A stretch of DNA of 64,000 bases from Diplonema japonicum (lineage: Eukaryota > Protista > Euglenozoa: Diplonemea): contig OZ025711.1 of NCBI GenBank assembly GCA_964019335.1, forward strand, positions 124,001 to 188,000. The letters are read 5' to 3'. Of this stretch, positions 25,801 to 40,800 are shown one piece after another. Both the position numbers and the translations under genes were made by a program. Position 1 is the first letter of the stretch. Every line of letters begins with the position of its first letter. The notes below the pieces were generated by a model that ran no database searches, had not been told where the DNA came from, and saw only the letters and a program-made list of their open reading frames with translations.

Positions 25801-28800
25801 GGATCGTGATGAGGAGGTTCTCCTACCACACCTTCCAGGACGACAATGCGGAGGCGAAGTTGAAGCCTCTGGTGACAGACCCGAAGGACGACCACTTCAT
25901 GAACCTCATGCTGGACGAGATTCCGGGGCAGGTGCTGGAGCCCTTCTGCGACCCCAACTCGAAGTTCGGAAAAACCCTGATCCCCCCGGTTGACGCGAAG
26001 CATTACCAATGCTCAACGTGGGGCTTCAAGGACGAGTGCAACGCCGACTCGCTGTGCGAGTGGAAGACCCCGAGGCTGGCAAGTTGTCCTGCGGCAACAG
26101 GGTGCCCCGAGCTGAACTGTCAGGGAATCCCGCAGCAGTACAAGGGGCTTTATGACTGCAGCAAGTGCAAGCTTCAGAGGGCAACCGTCATCTGCGGGGC
26201 TTCTGTCCAGTCGTCGATCGACGGGACGTGCGAGGAGACCCACTGCGCGAAATGCTGCGACAAGAAATGCTGTGACGCCGATGCGGCATGCGGCTGGAAG
26301 ACCCCCGGCGAGACATGCGAGAGGAAAGTGTGCGAGTACACGGACCAAAATGCCTGTGAGAACGACCCCGACCTGCTGTGCAAGTGGGACGGCAGCAAGT
26401 GCGACCCGAAGCCCTGCGGCTCGATCTTTGTGCAGGAGAAATGTCTGAACAGCACGAACAACTGCCAGTGGGACACCTCGCTCGACCCCCCTGTCTGCAA
26501 ACAGATCCCCACCTGTGACACCAAGACCGATCCCGCTGTGTGCAAGAACGACCCGAGCTGCGAGTGGGACTGCAACAGCACGACCTGTAGGGACACGAAG
26601 TGCTCATACCCTGATTCCGGGACCTGCTCTGTAGACTCGGATTGCGAGTGGCTGGGAACCATGTGCAAGGAGAAGAAGTGCACACCCGCGAAGGCGCAGG
26701 TGGATTGCAAGGACTGCGACAACTGCGTGTGGGACCCCGCATCCTCGACATGCACCGAGGACAAGTGTAAGCCCCTGAACCAGGCAGACTGCGGAAACAG
26801 CGACGTGTGCCACTGGGACAACAACGAATGCGTGACTGACTACTGTCCGCAGTACAAGGACGACGAGGTGAAGTGCGACCACGACCCCAGGTGCCACTGG
26901 GACTCGGTCACGACTCCGCCGACCTGCCAGCCCACCACCTGCACGAAGAACCACAACACGCAGTACCCTGGCCTTGGAGATGCGCCCTCGAAGATGGGGA
27001 CCATCGACGATGCTGCGTGCATGAGCGACCCTGCCTGCAAAACCGGCACTGACTCGAAGGGACCGTACTGTGCCCCTGCAAGCTGCTCCGACCACACGAA
27101 GAACTGCGACTGTGTTCGTGACACGAACTGCTACTGGGACCCTGCTGTGACCGCCCCTGCCGCCAAGTGCAAGGACACCAAGGTCTCCAGCTGTCCTGAC
27201 CTCGACGTGGTCTTCGTGCTCGACGGCTCTGGTTCCATGGGGGCAAGGTTCGGGACGCACCCCCACGGATACTATGCGATGCTCGAGATGCTGAGAGACT
27301 GGGTGAGGACACTACCCCTCACCGGAGAGGACAACACTGTTGGGATCAACTCCGCGGTCAAGGGTGGGACTTTCCGTATCGCCTTCGTGCAATTCTCCAT
27401 CGAGAACGAGTACTGGGTGTGCAAGAACGGAGCAGACGGCTGTGACAGGTGGAAGAACTGGGGAAGCTGTACCCAGCCGCGGCTCCCTGCAGGAAGGATC
27501 TGCTCGAACGGACAGCTTACTGGTGACCTGAATGAGCTGGAGAACGATCTTGACTGGCATGAGGCCAACTACATGGGCTCCCTCACCTACATGGCGGCAG
27601 CCCTTGATGATGCGGTCGACATCTTCCACGGCTCTCCCGCGCACCGTGCACACGTCCTTGTCATTATCACGGACGGGCAGATGAACCCTTTGGAACCCCA
27701 GAAGAGCCAAGAGATCCCTGCTATCAGGCAGAAACTCGACGCTGAGGGAGTCGTAACCTTTGGCGTGGTTGTGAGGAAGACCGCTGCCCACACAAAGGCT
27801 GACATCGATGCTGAGGAGACCCTGAAGCCGGTAACCTCCGACGCCCACGACGACCATTTCGTGAACGTGCCGTTGGACGACATGCTCACGGAGGTGTTCA
27901 ACGACTTCTGCGACCCTGCGGGGAGATTCGGGTCCGCTATCAGGCAGCAAGCCCAGAACCAGAACAGCGCGAACAACACAGCCCCCCCGGCTCAGTCCTC
28001 CGCTGTCCCCTGCTCGAAGTGGGGCGTAAAACTCGAGTGCAGGTCTGACCAGGCGTGTAACTGGAAGGCCCCTGCCCCTACTTCGTGTCCGGGCAACGGG
28101 TGCACGAACCTCAACTGCCTTGAGCTCCCTGCTGCCCAGGTTTCTGCAGGGATGACCTGCGCAAACTGCAAGCTGTCTGGTGGTGCAGTCTCCTGCACCG
28201 CGGGATCGAGCAACCCCGTGGGGAGTGGCTACTGCGGTGCCACCGTTTGCGAAGAGCACTGCGAAGAGGTTCCTTGCGAGCAGGACACGGCAAACGACTG
28301 CTTCTGGGACACTGATAAGTGTCAGAGGAAGGTTTGCAACTACCCTGACAAGAACGCGTGCGAGACAGACCCTGATGACATGTGCATGTGGGACACTACG
28401 GCAACCCCAGCGACTTGTGTCCCCAAGAAATGCCTGCACTTTACGCAGGGGACCTGTGACGTGGACGGCGACTGCCAATGGGACCCCGCCACACTTAAGT
28501 GCAAAGAGAAGGACCCGGACTGCACGACGATCACGGACAAGCTTGACTGCTTGAACCACGTGAGCGATGCCTGCGACTGGAAGTGCGACACCAACACCTG
28601 TGCGCAGAAAGTGTGTAGGGAGACGACCGATACAACCTGCAAAAATAGCGCTGATGGTTGCGAATGGGACGCAGGCAGCAAGGTGTGCCACAAGCAGCAC
28701 TGTGTCGGTGCGAACACGGAGAATGCGTGCATCTCCAACAGCGCCTGCAAGTGGACCGCGGCAACCTCCACCTGTGAGGAGTCGAAGTGCTACAAGCACG

Positions 28801-31800
28801 CGACGGAAGCGATCTGCGACCACGACACGGACTGCCACTGGGACCCCACGGGGTGCGAGGGCTGCAAGGAAAAGTACTGCTACAAGACGTTCACCGACGA
28901 CGCGAGCTGCAATGCCGACCCGAAGGGGACGTGCATGTGGGACTCCGCGAACAACAAGTGTGTAGACAAGACGTGCGACTCATACAACAATCCTGCGATG
29001 GGCCCCGACAGGATGTGCGACTGCCAAGCGGACTCGAGGTGCGTGGTGGACCGCTCTGTGCCTACCGCCCCTGTGTGCAGGGACCAGCACTTCACGCAGT
29101 GCCCGGACCTGGACGTGGTGGTGGCCTTCGACGGGTCAACATCGATGAACAACAGGTTCGGGACGCACCCCAACGGCTTCGAGGGGCTCATGGAGGCCCT
29201 AAGGGACTGGGTGCAGGCGCTCCCCCTCACTGGGGAAGCGGCCGGCGTGACCTCGACCGACACCAACGGAAGGGTGAGGGTTGGGTTCAGCGAGTGGGAC
29301 CAAGGAGTGAGGCTGGCGGAGTGCCCCGCCTGCGCTTGCAGCCCTGCTGTGGGCTCAGATGGCGACGGCATCCCCACCACGAGCAGCATGAACACGAAGG
29401 GGAAAACCCCTCCCCGCCCCGCCGACAAATGCGGGAAGCTCACCGGTAACAAAGCGCAGCTCCTTGCTGACTTGGACTGGCACGAGGGCGAGAAGCGCCG
29501 ACCGCAGACGCTGGTGAAGGAGGCAGAGGAGTTTGCAGGGGAGACCTTCAAGTCTTCCCCCGCTTACAGGAAGAAGATCCTCCTCATCTTCACAGATGGC
29601 ATGATCCAGGACAGGTCCTCCCTGGGGCCCGCTGGTGCTATTCTTGCTGCAGAGGGTGTACAGACCTTCGGGATTGTGCTGACAAGGGGTAACCCCAACT
29701 TCCTGGACCAGAGGAACCTAGACGCTCTCAAGGAAATCGTCACCGACCCGAAGGACAGCCATGCCCTGATGATGCAGATCGACGAAGCTCACAAGGTGCT
29801 TGATGACTTCTGCGACCCGAACAGCGTGTTCGGAGCACTCATCACCAGTGGCTCCACCACGAAGCCCAACACGGAGCCTCCCTGTGACTCTATCCAGAGT
29901 ATCCCTGACTGCACGGCACGTGCGACTTGCCAGTGGAATTCGATCACTGTGGCCTGCGAGGACCACCCCTGCTTCAAGCACTGTGGTGAGACAGACTGTG
30001 TTGCGGACACGACGAACAAGTGCAAGTTTAACAACGGGACTCTGCAATGTGAGAAGACTGTGTGCAAGGACCACCTCAACCAAAAGGAGTGCGTTGACAA
30101 CGATTGCAAATGGGACGCTGCAAAGAATCCCAGGTGCGACGAAGGCCCTTGCCAGGCAACGGACCAAGCAGCATGCAACAACCTTGGAAAGCAGTGCACT
30201 TGGGACACGACGATCCAACCCGACCCGAAGTGTGTGGAAACTCCTTGCTACTACGACAACCAGACAACATGCGAGGTAGACACTGACTGCGAATGGGATG
30301 CTGCGTGCCCTGACGCTGCAGACCAGAAGTGCGTGCCGAAGAGGTGCTCTCAGCCTGACCACCAATCGCAGGCGGGGTGCGTAAAGGACACTTGGTGCGT
30401 GTGGACGAGCTCCCTCACTTGCGAGCTCGGGAAGTGTGCGAAGTACCCGACTGAGAAGTGCTGCGACCACGACGACAACTGCCACTGGGACATCACCTCC
30501 AGCCCTCCTGTGTGCGGAGAGAAGTACTGCCCCAAAACCTACCCGACCCAGGCTACGAAGGACCAGTGTGACGCCGACAGCAAGTGCATGTGGGACTCCG
30601 GTAAGCAGGCGTGTGTGGAGGAGGATTGCAGCAAGCTGGACAAGTGCCCGTGCAGGGCACACCCCGACTGCTACTGGGACGCTGCTCACAACAAGTGCAC
30701 GGACGCGAAGTACGGTGAGTGCCCTACGATGGACGTGATCATGCTGATGGATGGGTCTGGCTCGATGGATGCCTGGTTCGGGAATCACCCGCACGGCTTC
30801 TACGGGCTGATTGAGATCCTGAGGGACTGGGCAAAGACCCTCCCCCTCACAGGAGAGCTGGCGGGGACCAACACTGGTCCTGGTCCTGCCAAGGGCGGTC
30901 TCAGGCTTGGGTTCGTGCAGTTCTCTGGCAGCAACCCCTGGTGGTGGTTCTCTGGGACACCGAAGGCGATCCAAACCCCATCGGGTACGGGTTCTAGTGG
31001 GCACCTGTCGGGTGACCTAACTCAGATCAACCAAGATTTGGACTGGCACGAGGCCAACTACATGGGGGACGGCACCATGATCGAGAAGGGGTTGACGATG
31101 GTGGGAGACATGTTCGATGCCTCGCATCAGCACGCTGTACGCCCCAGGATCCTCATCATCTTCACGGATGGGAAGATCTACGACCCTAACTCCTTGGGTC
31201 CCGCAAGGACAGTGCTGGACCAGGAGGATGTGCAAACCTTCGGTATTGTGATAAGGAAGCAGCAGGCGCACACTAAGGCTGATGTCGACGCAGAGGCCAC
31301 GCTTAAGCCCATCACCTCGGACCCGCATGATGACCATTTCCAGAACCTCATGCTGGACGAGATCTCGACCAAAGTGCTGGGCGACATTTGCGACCCCAAC
31401 GGGAAGTTCGGACACCTCATCGTGAAGAACTCTCCCTCGACGCAGGCCGGTGTGCACGCTCCGTGCCCCAACCACGCCGACTCGCACCTCTGCAACGCCG
31501 ATCCCGGTTGCGAGTGGCACGCCGCAAGCAACGAGTGCCAGGACTCCCCGTGCATTGCGCACTGTGACGAGCAGTCGTGCATCAAGGACACGGCGAACCT
31601 GTGTAAGTGGAACGGGACGGAGTGCTGGAAGGAGACAAAGTGTGCCTACACAGACCAGACTCAGTGCGTGAACTCTCCGGACCTCTGCGTGTGGGACAAC
31701 GGGGTGTGCGTGCTGCCCCCTTGTACCCCGAACAAGAACCAAGCCGACTGCGAAGCTGACAAGGACGGCTGTGCCTGGGTAAACCAGAACGGGCAGGACG

Positions 31801-34800
31801 TGTGCATTGTGGAGCCCTGCTCGTCGACCTACCAGTCTGTGTGCAGCTCCGACCCGGCATGCAAGTGGGACTACCCTCTGTGCGGGAACACCACGCAGCT
31901 GCAGTGCATGCCCAAGGGCTGTGACTACTTTGCCGCGAAGGGGGACTGCGACGCCGATGTGCACTGCGTGTGGGACGCCGCGGCCTCCACCTGCAAGGAC
32001 CGGGTGTGCGCGCAGTTCAGGGACGAGAGGTGCTGCGACAAGGACCCGATTTGCAAGTGGGATGCAACTACCGCCCCCGCGGTCTGCTCGCAGAAGAAGT
32101 GTCCGGCGATCCAGAAGCAGCCGAAGTGCGACGAGCAGAGCGACTGCATGTGGAATTCAACAACGAACAAATGCGTGGACTTGGACTGCAGCAAGTTCCC
32201 TGACATGTGCCCGTGCAACCAGCACGACAAGTGCTACTGGAAACCCGGTGCAGGTTTCGCTGGGACCGGTGCCTGCGTGGCGATTGAGTTCGGCGAATGC
32301 CCCACCCTCGACATCGTGCTGGTGCTGGACGGGTCAGGCTCCATGTCTGCGAAGTTCGGGAACCACCCTCACGGCTTTGACGCTTTGATGGAGATGATGA
32401 GGGACTGGATCGAGACCCTGCCCTTGAACGGGGAAGACGCCTCTGTGGGGATCAAGTCGAAGAAAGACAACGGCGGAGTGCGCGTGGGTATTGTCCAGTT
32501 CTCTGGATGGAACAATTGGAGGAGCGAAGCCAGGAAGACCCCTGGTGGGAAGGGATCTGGCGGAAGACTCACTGGTAAGCTGCAACAGCTGGAAGACGAC
32601 GTGGACTGGCACGAGGACAACTACATGGGTGACGGGACCATGATTGAAGAGGGTCTCACGATGGCGGCCGACATGTTCCACGCTTCGCCTGTGGACGGGA
32701 GGCAGAGAGTGCTCTTTATCTTCACAGACGGGCAGATCTACGACCCGAACTCCCTTTCTGGTGCGAGGGCGGAGCTAGACAAGGAGGGTGTGCAGGTGTT
32801 CGGTATCGTGGTGAGGAAGGCCACCAAGCACACGAAGGCGGATCTTGACGCTGAGAAAACGCTGAAGCCGATTACCTCTGACCCGCACGACGACCACTTC
32901 AAGAACGTCATGATCGACGAGGTGCCCGACCTCATGAAGGGGATCTGCGACCCGAACGGCCCTTGGGGACACCTCATCGTGAAGGACCCTCCTCAGCCTT
33001 CGAGCGGCGTGCACCTTCCGTGTCCAGACTACCAAACCCAAGGGACCTGCAAGAAGGATCCCGGGTGTATCTGGTCTGACGTTGGTTCTGTGTGCCTGAA
33101 CTCCCCATGTCTGCTGCACTGCAACGGCTCGGCGTGCCAGGGTGACCCGAGCAACAACTGCACCTGGGTGAACGGCAGCATCTGCACGAACGCCCCAGAC
33201 CCCACATGCGACTGCGCATACACCACCGGGGACCCCGTGTACAACGAGAAGATGTGCAAGGCAGACGCCATGTGCGTGTGGGACGCTGCGAACAGCGTGT
33301 GCCAGCATGACGAGTGCGCGGCGGGGCAACCCGGGAACCTTACCTGCGGTGCTGTGAACCAGCTCTGCATGGACCCCACCCCTGCACCGTGCACGGACGA
33401 CTACTACTGCGACTGTGTGCCACCCGCGACGAGGGACCCGAAGACGCAGCCCGGACAGGTGGCGGCGGTGTGCGTTCTCGACGAGTGCGCTGTTGATTGC
33501 CCCACCTGCGCTGGGACAACGTGCAGCGACAAGAACCAGGACTGCTTTGACCCCACCCCCACCGTGACCAGCTTGAGCGACTGGACCTGCACCTGTAAGC
33601 CGCCCTACACGGGTGTGGCAGTGGCGAACGCCGCTGTCTGCCAGGTCGACGAGTGCAAGGACCAGACCTGCAGCACCTGCGCAAAAACCACCTGCAGCGA
33701 CAAGAACCAGATTTGCCACGACCCGGACACCACGGTGTTGAGCGACTGGACCTGCACGTGTCCCCCGCCCTCGAACCAGAGCGCCGTAGCCGCCGCTGTG
33801 GTCAGTTGCGACTTCGACGAGTGCACCATCCACAAGGACACCTGCGAGAACGCAGACCAAACTTGCCACGACCCCGACCAGTCTGTGACCGGGGACTGGA
33901 CCTGCACCTGCAAGGCGCCTTCGAATGGCACCGCCACCGCGCAGGTTGCTTGGTGTGAACTCGACGAGTGCGTGAAGACCTGCCCGAGCTGTGCAAACAC
34001 GACCTGCACGGGAGAAAACCAGCTTTGCGACGACCCCAACAAGGCATCGCACTCCACTGGGGACTGGACCTGCACGTGTCAGAACCCCTTCACGGGCTCG
34101 GCCACCGCCGCCGCCGCGATCTGCAAGCTGGACGAATGCTCTGCCCTGTGTACTGGGACCACCTGTGCCAACGCAACGTGTTCGAACGTGAACCAGACCT
34201 GCCATGACCCCGACTTCACGAAGCTGGGGGACTGGACGTGCAACTGCCCTCCACCCTCGAAGCAGCCGCCCTCGCCGCAGCAGCCGGTGATGGGGTGCGA
34301 GGTGAACGAGTGTGACCTGCACAAGGTGGTGTGCGAGAACCAGGGCCAGATCTGTGAGGACCCCGACCAGCTGGTCGCTGATGACTGGAAGTGCAAATGC
34401 GTGCCCCCCATGAATGGGACCGCCACGGCCCAGGCTGCGGACTGCACGATCGACGAGTGTGTGGCAAGCTGCGCTACTTGTGCGAACGATACCTGCAGCA
34501 GCGAGGGCCAGACTTGCGAGGACCCGGACATCTCGATGCACTCCACAGCCGACTGGACCTGCACATGCCCGCCCCCTTTCACCGGGGTGGCCATTGCGAA
34601 CTCTGCGACCTGCCTTCTCGACGAGTGCGCGGCCAACTGCAGCGAACCGTCATGCGCAGGTACCACCTGCAGCGCGAAGAACCAGACTTGCCACGACCCC
34701 GACACCTCAACGCTGAACGACTGGACCTGTACCTGCCCCCCTCCATCGCAGCAGCCACCTGTTGTAGGAGCGCCTGTGACGGGCTGCGAGGAGAACGAGT

Positions 34801-37800
34801 GCGACAAGATGAAGCAGATTTGCGAGAACGTCGGGCAGACCTGTGACGATCCCGACCAGCTCACCCCCAACGACTGGGAGTGCAAGTGCACACCGCCGAT
34901 GAACGGTACTGGGGTTGCCAAGCCCGCAGAGTGCACCCTTGACGAGTGTGCTGCTGACTGTGTTGGCCCGACCTGTGCGAACACCACCTGCTCGGATGCC
35001 AACCAGGTCTGCAATGACCCCGACACCGCTGTTCACTCCACCGGTGACTGGACCTGCACGTGCCCGTCTCCGTATGCTGGTGTGGCCATTGGGAGCGCCG
35101 CCGTCTGCCGCATCGACGAGTGCGTGGAGACCTGTCCGACCTGCGCGGACAACGCTTGCTCGAATGCTACGCAAATCTGCAATGATCCCGACACGAGCAA
35201 GCTCAGCGACTGGACCTGCTCGTGCCCTCCTCCTGCCCAGAAGCCGTCTCAAGTGGGGGGTCCTGTGACCCCCTCGTGCGACGTTGACGAGTGCGACTTG
35301 CACAAAGACACCTGCGAGTCGCAGCAGCAGACCTGCTTCGACCCGGACCAGGCTAAGGCCGGCGACTGGCAGTGCAAGTGCACACCCCCAATGAACGGGA
35401 CTGCCACAGCGCAACCTGCGGAGTGCACGATCGATGAGTGCGTGGTGAGCTGCGCCACTTGTGCGAACGACACCTGCAGCAGCAAGAGCCAGACCTGTGA
35501 GGACCCGGACACTTCGATGCATTCCACCAGCGACTGGACCTGCACCTGCCCGCCGCCGACCACGGGCAAGGCTGTGGCCAACTCTGCCGAGTGTGTGATC
35601 GATGAGTGCGTAGAGACCTGCCCTACGTGTTCCAACGGAGTCTGCTCCGCGGAGGGCCAAACCTGCCATGACCCCAACGTGGCGGCGAACAGCACAGGCA
35701 ACTGGATCTGTACGTGCCCGCCTCCTTCCACGGGCTTCGCGACCGGGAAGGCCGCGACACCTTGTGTTGTTGACGAGTGCAAGGACCCCGACAACGAGAA
35801 GAAGTGTGCGGACGCCGGTCAGGAGTGCGTGGACCCCAACCCCTCATTGGGCAGCCGCAATGACTGGGAGTGCCACTGCATCGTCCCACCCGCCATCAAG
35901 ACCGCATCGGCGGTGATGAACCCTGCTGAGTGCGAATACCCTGGTGAGTGCAAGACGGACCCGGAGGCCAAGAAGTGCGTTGCGGCCGGCCACATCTGCG
36001 ACGACCCCAACACCGACCCTATGTCCACAGGAGACTGGGTCTGCATGTGCCCTCCTCCTTCGACCGGCACCAACGTGACCGCCACCACTCCCGGCGGTGT
36101 CGCTGGGATGGTGTGCGAGACGGACGAGTGCGTGGTAGTCTGCCCGACCTGCGCGCAGACCGCGGGCAGCCCCACGAACCTCTGCACCGCCGAGGGGCAA
36201 GAGTGCAGGGACCCCGACAAAACAAAGTACGGCGACTGGCAGTGCGAGTGCCCGACACCGTGGACCGGGACCCCTGTCACAGGCGGTGCCGCGAACTGCT
36301 CTCTCGATGAGTGCGTTGCCACCTGCCCATCGTGCTCGAAGGGGGCGTGCTCGGACGAGGGGCAAACCTGCAAGGACACCAACACCGGTGTGCACGACCT
36401 GAACGACTGGATCTGCACGTGTCCCCCGCCTGGTGTGGGGAGCGCGACGGCGAAGCCGGCGACCTGCGTCTGTGACGAATGCAAGGAGGCGGACCAGAAG
36501 TGTTCCGCGGCCGGACAGATCTGCTTCGACCCGAACACCGCCTGCGACAGCACGAAGGACTACACCTGCGAATGCAAAGCCCCCTACAGCGGGACGGCCA
36601 CCGCCCAGGCGGCCACTTGCGAGGTCAACGAGTGCAAGGAGAAAAACGCCACATGCACGGCTGTGGGCCAGATCTGCAACGACCCCGACCTGACCAAGCT
36701 CGACGACTGGGAGTGCAAGTGCCCGCCCCCCAGCACCGGGATGGCGGTGGGACAGGCAGCGTCCACCTGCAAGCTCGACGAGTGCGTTGAGACGTGCCCC
36801 ACGTGTGCGGGAACGACGTGCTCCGACGCGGACCAGACCTGCACGGACCCCAACACGGACGCCTCGAGCACGGGCGACTGGATCTGCACCTGCAAGCCCC
36901 CTGCAGCGAACAACTCTGCAACGGGGAAACCTGCGGTCTGCATCTGCGACGAGTGTGTCGGAGACACCCTTTGCGCTGGTGCGAACCAGTCTTGCTACGA
37001 CGCGAACACCGCATGCAACACGCCGTCGGACTTTGTTTGCGAGTGCGAGCCCCCGATGATCGGGAACGCCACCGGATCTGTCGCTATGTGCTCCCTCGAT
37101 GAGTGCGAGATTAACAGCGCTACGTGCATTGCACAGGGACAGGAGTGCAACGACCCTGACCACACGAAGGCCGGGGACTGGGAGTGCAAGTGCAAACCGC
37201 CGAGCGTCGGGAACGCGACGGCGCAGGCTGCGGAGTGCGTGTACGACGAGTGCAAGATCCAAGACTGCCCGACGTGCGCGAACAACACCTGTGGGTTGCA
37301 GGACTGCGAGGACATGAACACCAGCCCCACGAGCACCAGCGACTGGGTTTGCAAGTGCCCTCCTCCGTCGAACCACACAGCCACGGGGAAAATGGCAGTG
37401 TGCGACCTCGATGAGTGCAAGGATCCTGTGAATGCCGGGAAGTGCACAGAGGCGTGTGTGCCTGGGACCCTGGACTGCGGGCAGACCTGCTACGACCCGA
37501 ACCCCACGACCGTGAGCACAGGGGACTGGGAGTGCTTGTGCCCTCCCCCAGCGACCGGAAAGATGGTTGCTGGCCCTGTGGTGCACTGCACCTACAACGA
37601 GTGTGACGAGAAGGAAACTGTCTGTGCGGCGGAGGGACAGGAGTGCGAGGACACAAACCAGCAGACGCTGAACGACTGGGTTTGCGAGTGCCTGCCCCCT
37701 GCAACGGGGAACGCTACCGTGCGACCGGCGAGGTGTCTGCTTGACGAGTGCAAGGTCCAGAACTGCCCCACGTGCGCGAACGACACCTGTAAAAGTGTCG

Positions 37801-40800
37801 GACAGGAGTGCGAGGACCCCGACACGACTGCCACCAGCACCGGCGACTGGGTCTGCAAGTGCCCGCCGCCCTCGACCCACCAGGCGACGGCGAAGCCCGC
37901 AGTTTGCGAGATCGACGAGTGTGACGAGCCGCAGAACAACTGCACCGCAAACTGCGTTGCCCCGAATACCCCGAACTGCGAACAAACCTGCTTCGACCCG
38001 GACACCTCGCCTACCAGCCTCGGAGATTGGACCTGCAGCTGCCCCCCCCCCACTAAGGGGAAGGTTGTGGCTCATGCAGCGATGTGCACCGTCGACGAGT
38101 GCGTCGAGCACGGTGCAACCTGTACCGCCGAAGGGCAGACATGCACGGACCTCAACACCAGCAGGCTAAACGACTGGGAGTGCGTGTGCACGGACCCTGC
38201 GAAGGGGTCGGCGGTCGCACAGAAGGCAACCTGCGTGCTCGACGAGTGCGTTGAAGACTGCGACACCTGCTCGAAGAACACCTGCAAGGACGCTGGGCAG
38301 ACCTGCGAGGACCCGAATACGTCAGAGTCGAGCAAGAGCGACTGGATCTGCAAGTGCCCGTCGCCCTCGAAGAACACAGCGACCGGGAAGCCCGCGACCT
38401 GCGAGGTGGACGAGTGCAAGGAGAACGGATGGAAGTGCACCGCCGACTGCAAGGGGGCGTTGAACTGCGCCCAACTATGCTTCGACCCGAACACCAACTC
38501 CACGAGCCTGGATGACTGGAAGTGCGTGTGCCAGCCTCCGTCGACGGACTCGGCTGTGACGAAGGCTGCGGTCTGCACCGTTGAGCCGTGCATCCACGAT
38601 AACGAGCCTGCCTGTGAGCAGGACCCCGATGGCTGTGAGTGGTCGCTGCTCCCGACGCCCGTCTGCAAGCCGATCCCCTGCCAGCACACTAAGGAGGTAG
38701 ACTGCAAGTCGGAGACCGGCTGCGAGTGGCTCGTCTACTCGGGGGCGTCAACGAACGCTGGAACGGGGGCTGTCTCCTACGAGGTGCTGGTGCCCGTGAA
38801 GCCGTTCCCCGCTGCGACGTGCGACGCCAGCTGCTCATGCACTGCGCAGAACGCGGTGTTTGTCCGCATCGAGGGCGGCTACGTGAATGGGAAGGACTCT
38901 CTCGCCTGCGGTGGCTGCGCTGCTGCGGGCGTGACTGTGAACTGGCAGGCAGCGGAGGGTTCCCTGACGGTGAGCGGCGGGTCCGGGGTGAGTGGCGACA
39001 AGCTCGCGGAAATCGTGGCCAGCATCGAGTTCACCACCTCGTCGACAGACGGCGGGAAGAGGAGCCTTACTTGGAACTTCGGAACGACCCAGAACACGGC
39101 GGCTGCGGCGACCGCCTGCGGCGGGATGGTGGACCTCGTGGGGGGCGTGTGCGTGACTGAGAAGTGTGACTACGACACCGACGCGAAGTGTGAGGCGGAC
39201 CCGTTCTGCGACTGGGTTGGCGGGACGACCGACCCCTGTGTGATCGCCCCGTGTGTGCTGTACCCGAACGAGAAGGAGTGCTCGAAGGACCCGGACTGCC
39301 GCTTCGACGTGAGCAGCTCGCCCGCCATGTGCAAGGAGAAGCCGTGCAGGGCCTTCAAGGGCCCTGCGGAGTGCAACGCAGAGGACGAGTGCATGTGGAA
39401 CGCAACGCAGACGAAGTGTGTGGAGAAGGAGTGCAGCAAGTTCAACGACGACCGCTGCAAGTGCCACGCGGAGGACAGGTGCTACTGGGACGTGCGCTCC
39501 ACGGTCCCGAAGTGCGTGGAGAGCAAGTACGGGCAGTGCCCCGTGTTGGACGTGGTGATGCTGCTGGACGGGTCCGGCTCGATGAGCGAGGCCTTCGGGC
39601 GCCACCCGCACGGCTTCTACGCCATGATGGAGATGATCCGGGACTGGGTGAACACGTTGCCCCTCACGGGGGAGGACCACACAGTCGGGAAGGCGTCGAC
39701 AGCCCCGAACGGCGGACTCCGAATGGGGATCATCCAGTTCTCTGGTCCTGTCCCTGAGGCGGTGAAAACCCCTGTCGGGGTTGGGTCCTCGGGTTCCCTG
39801 ACCGGGGATTTGACGGAGCTGCAAGGGGACATCGACTGGCACGAGGCAAACTACATCCAGGGGAGCACTTTCATCGCGATGGGGCTGAACTGGGCCGGGA
39901 CCATGTTCCAGTTCTCCCCGTCCACGAGGCAGAAGGTACTCATCATCGTGACAGACGGAGCAATCAAGGACACGGCGTCCCTCGCCCCCGCGAAGGCAGT
40001 CCTCACTGCGGAAGGAGTGAAGATTTTCGGGGTGGTGCTGAGGAAAGCTGCGGCGCACACGCAAGAGGACCTGGACGCGGAGGCGGCGTTGAAGCCGATC
40101 ACCTCGGACCCGCACGACGATCACTTCATGAACGTGCTGATCGACGATATGCCGGACCAGGTCCTGAACGGGATCTGCGACCCGAACAGCAAGTGGGGAC
40201 AGCTCCTCATGCCCGGAGCGTCGAGCGAGAACCAGGCTGGGATGCACAAGCCGTGCCCGCAGCACCTGGTGCAGATGGAGTGCACAACGGACCCCGGTTG
40301 CGTGTGGAGTAGCGTAGGCCTGTCGTGCGTAGACTCCCCTTGCGTGGCGCACTGCGACAGCACGAAGTGCACGGCCGACACGGTGAACCACTGCGAGTGG
40401 AAGGTGGTGAACGGGACGACGGATCCCTCCTGCTGGGTGGAGACAATCTGCGCCTACAACGATGAGACCACGTGCGAGGCGGACGACCAGTGCGACTGGG
40501 ATGCTTCGAAGCCTGACTGCGTGGAGCGCCCGTGCAACCAGCAGACTGAGACAGAGTGCGAAGCGGACCCGAAGGGGTGCGAGTGGACGGCGGCAACGAA
40601 AACCTGTGCGGAGAAGCCGTGCAAGCACACAGTGGAAGCGGACTGCGGTGCCGATGCCCTCTGCGAGTGGGACGCCTGCGCGGGGGTCGCCGGGGGCGGT
40701 GCCTGCCAAAAGAAGAGCTGCGACCCGACGGTCTTCACGGATGAAGTATCTTGTACGAAGGACACGCGGTGCCAATGGGTGAGCGGTGTGACCGGTTTCA

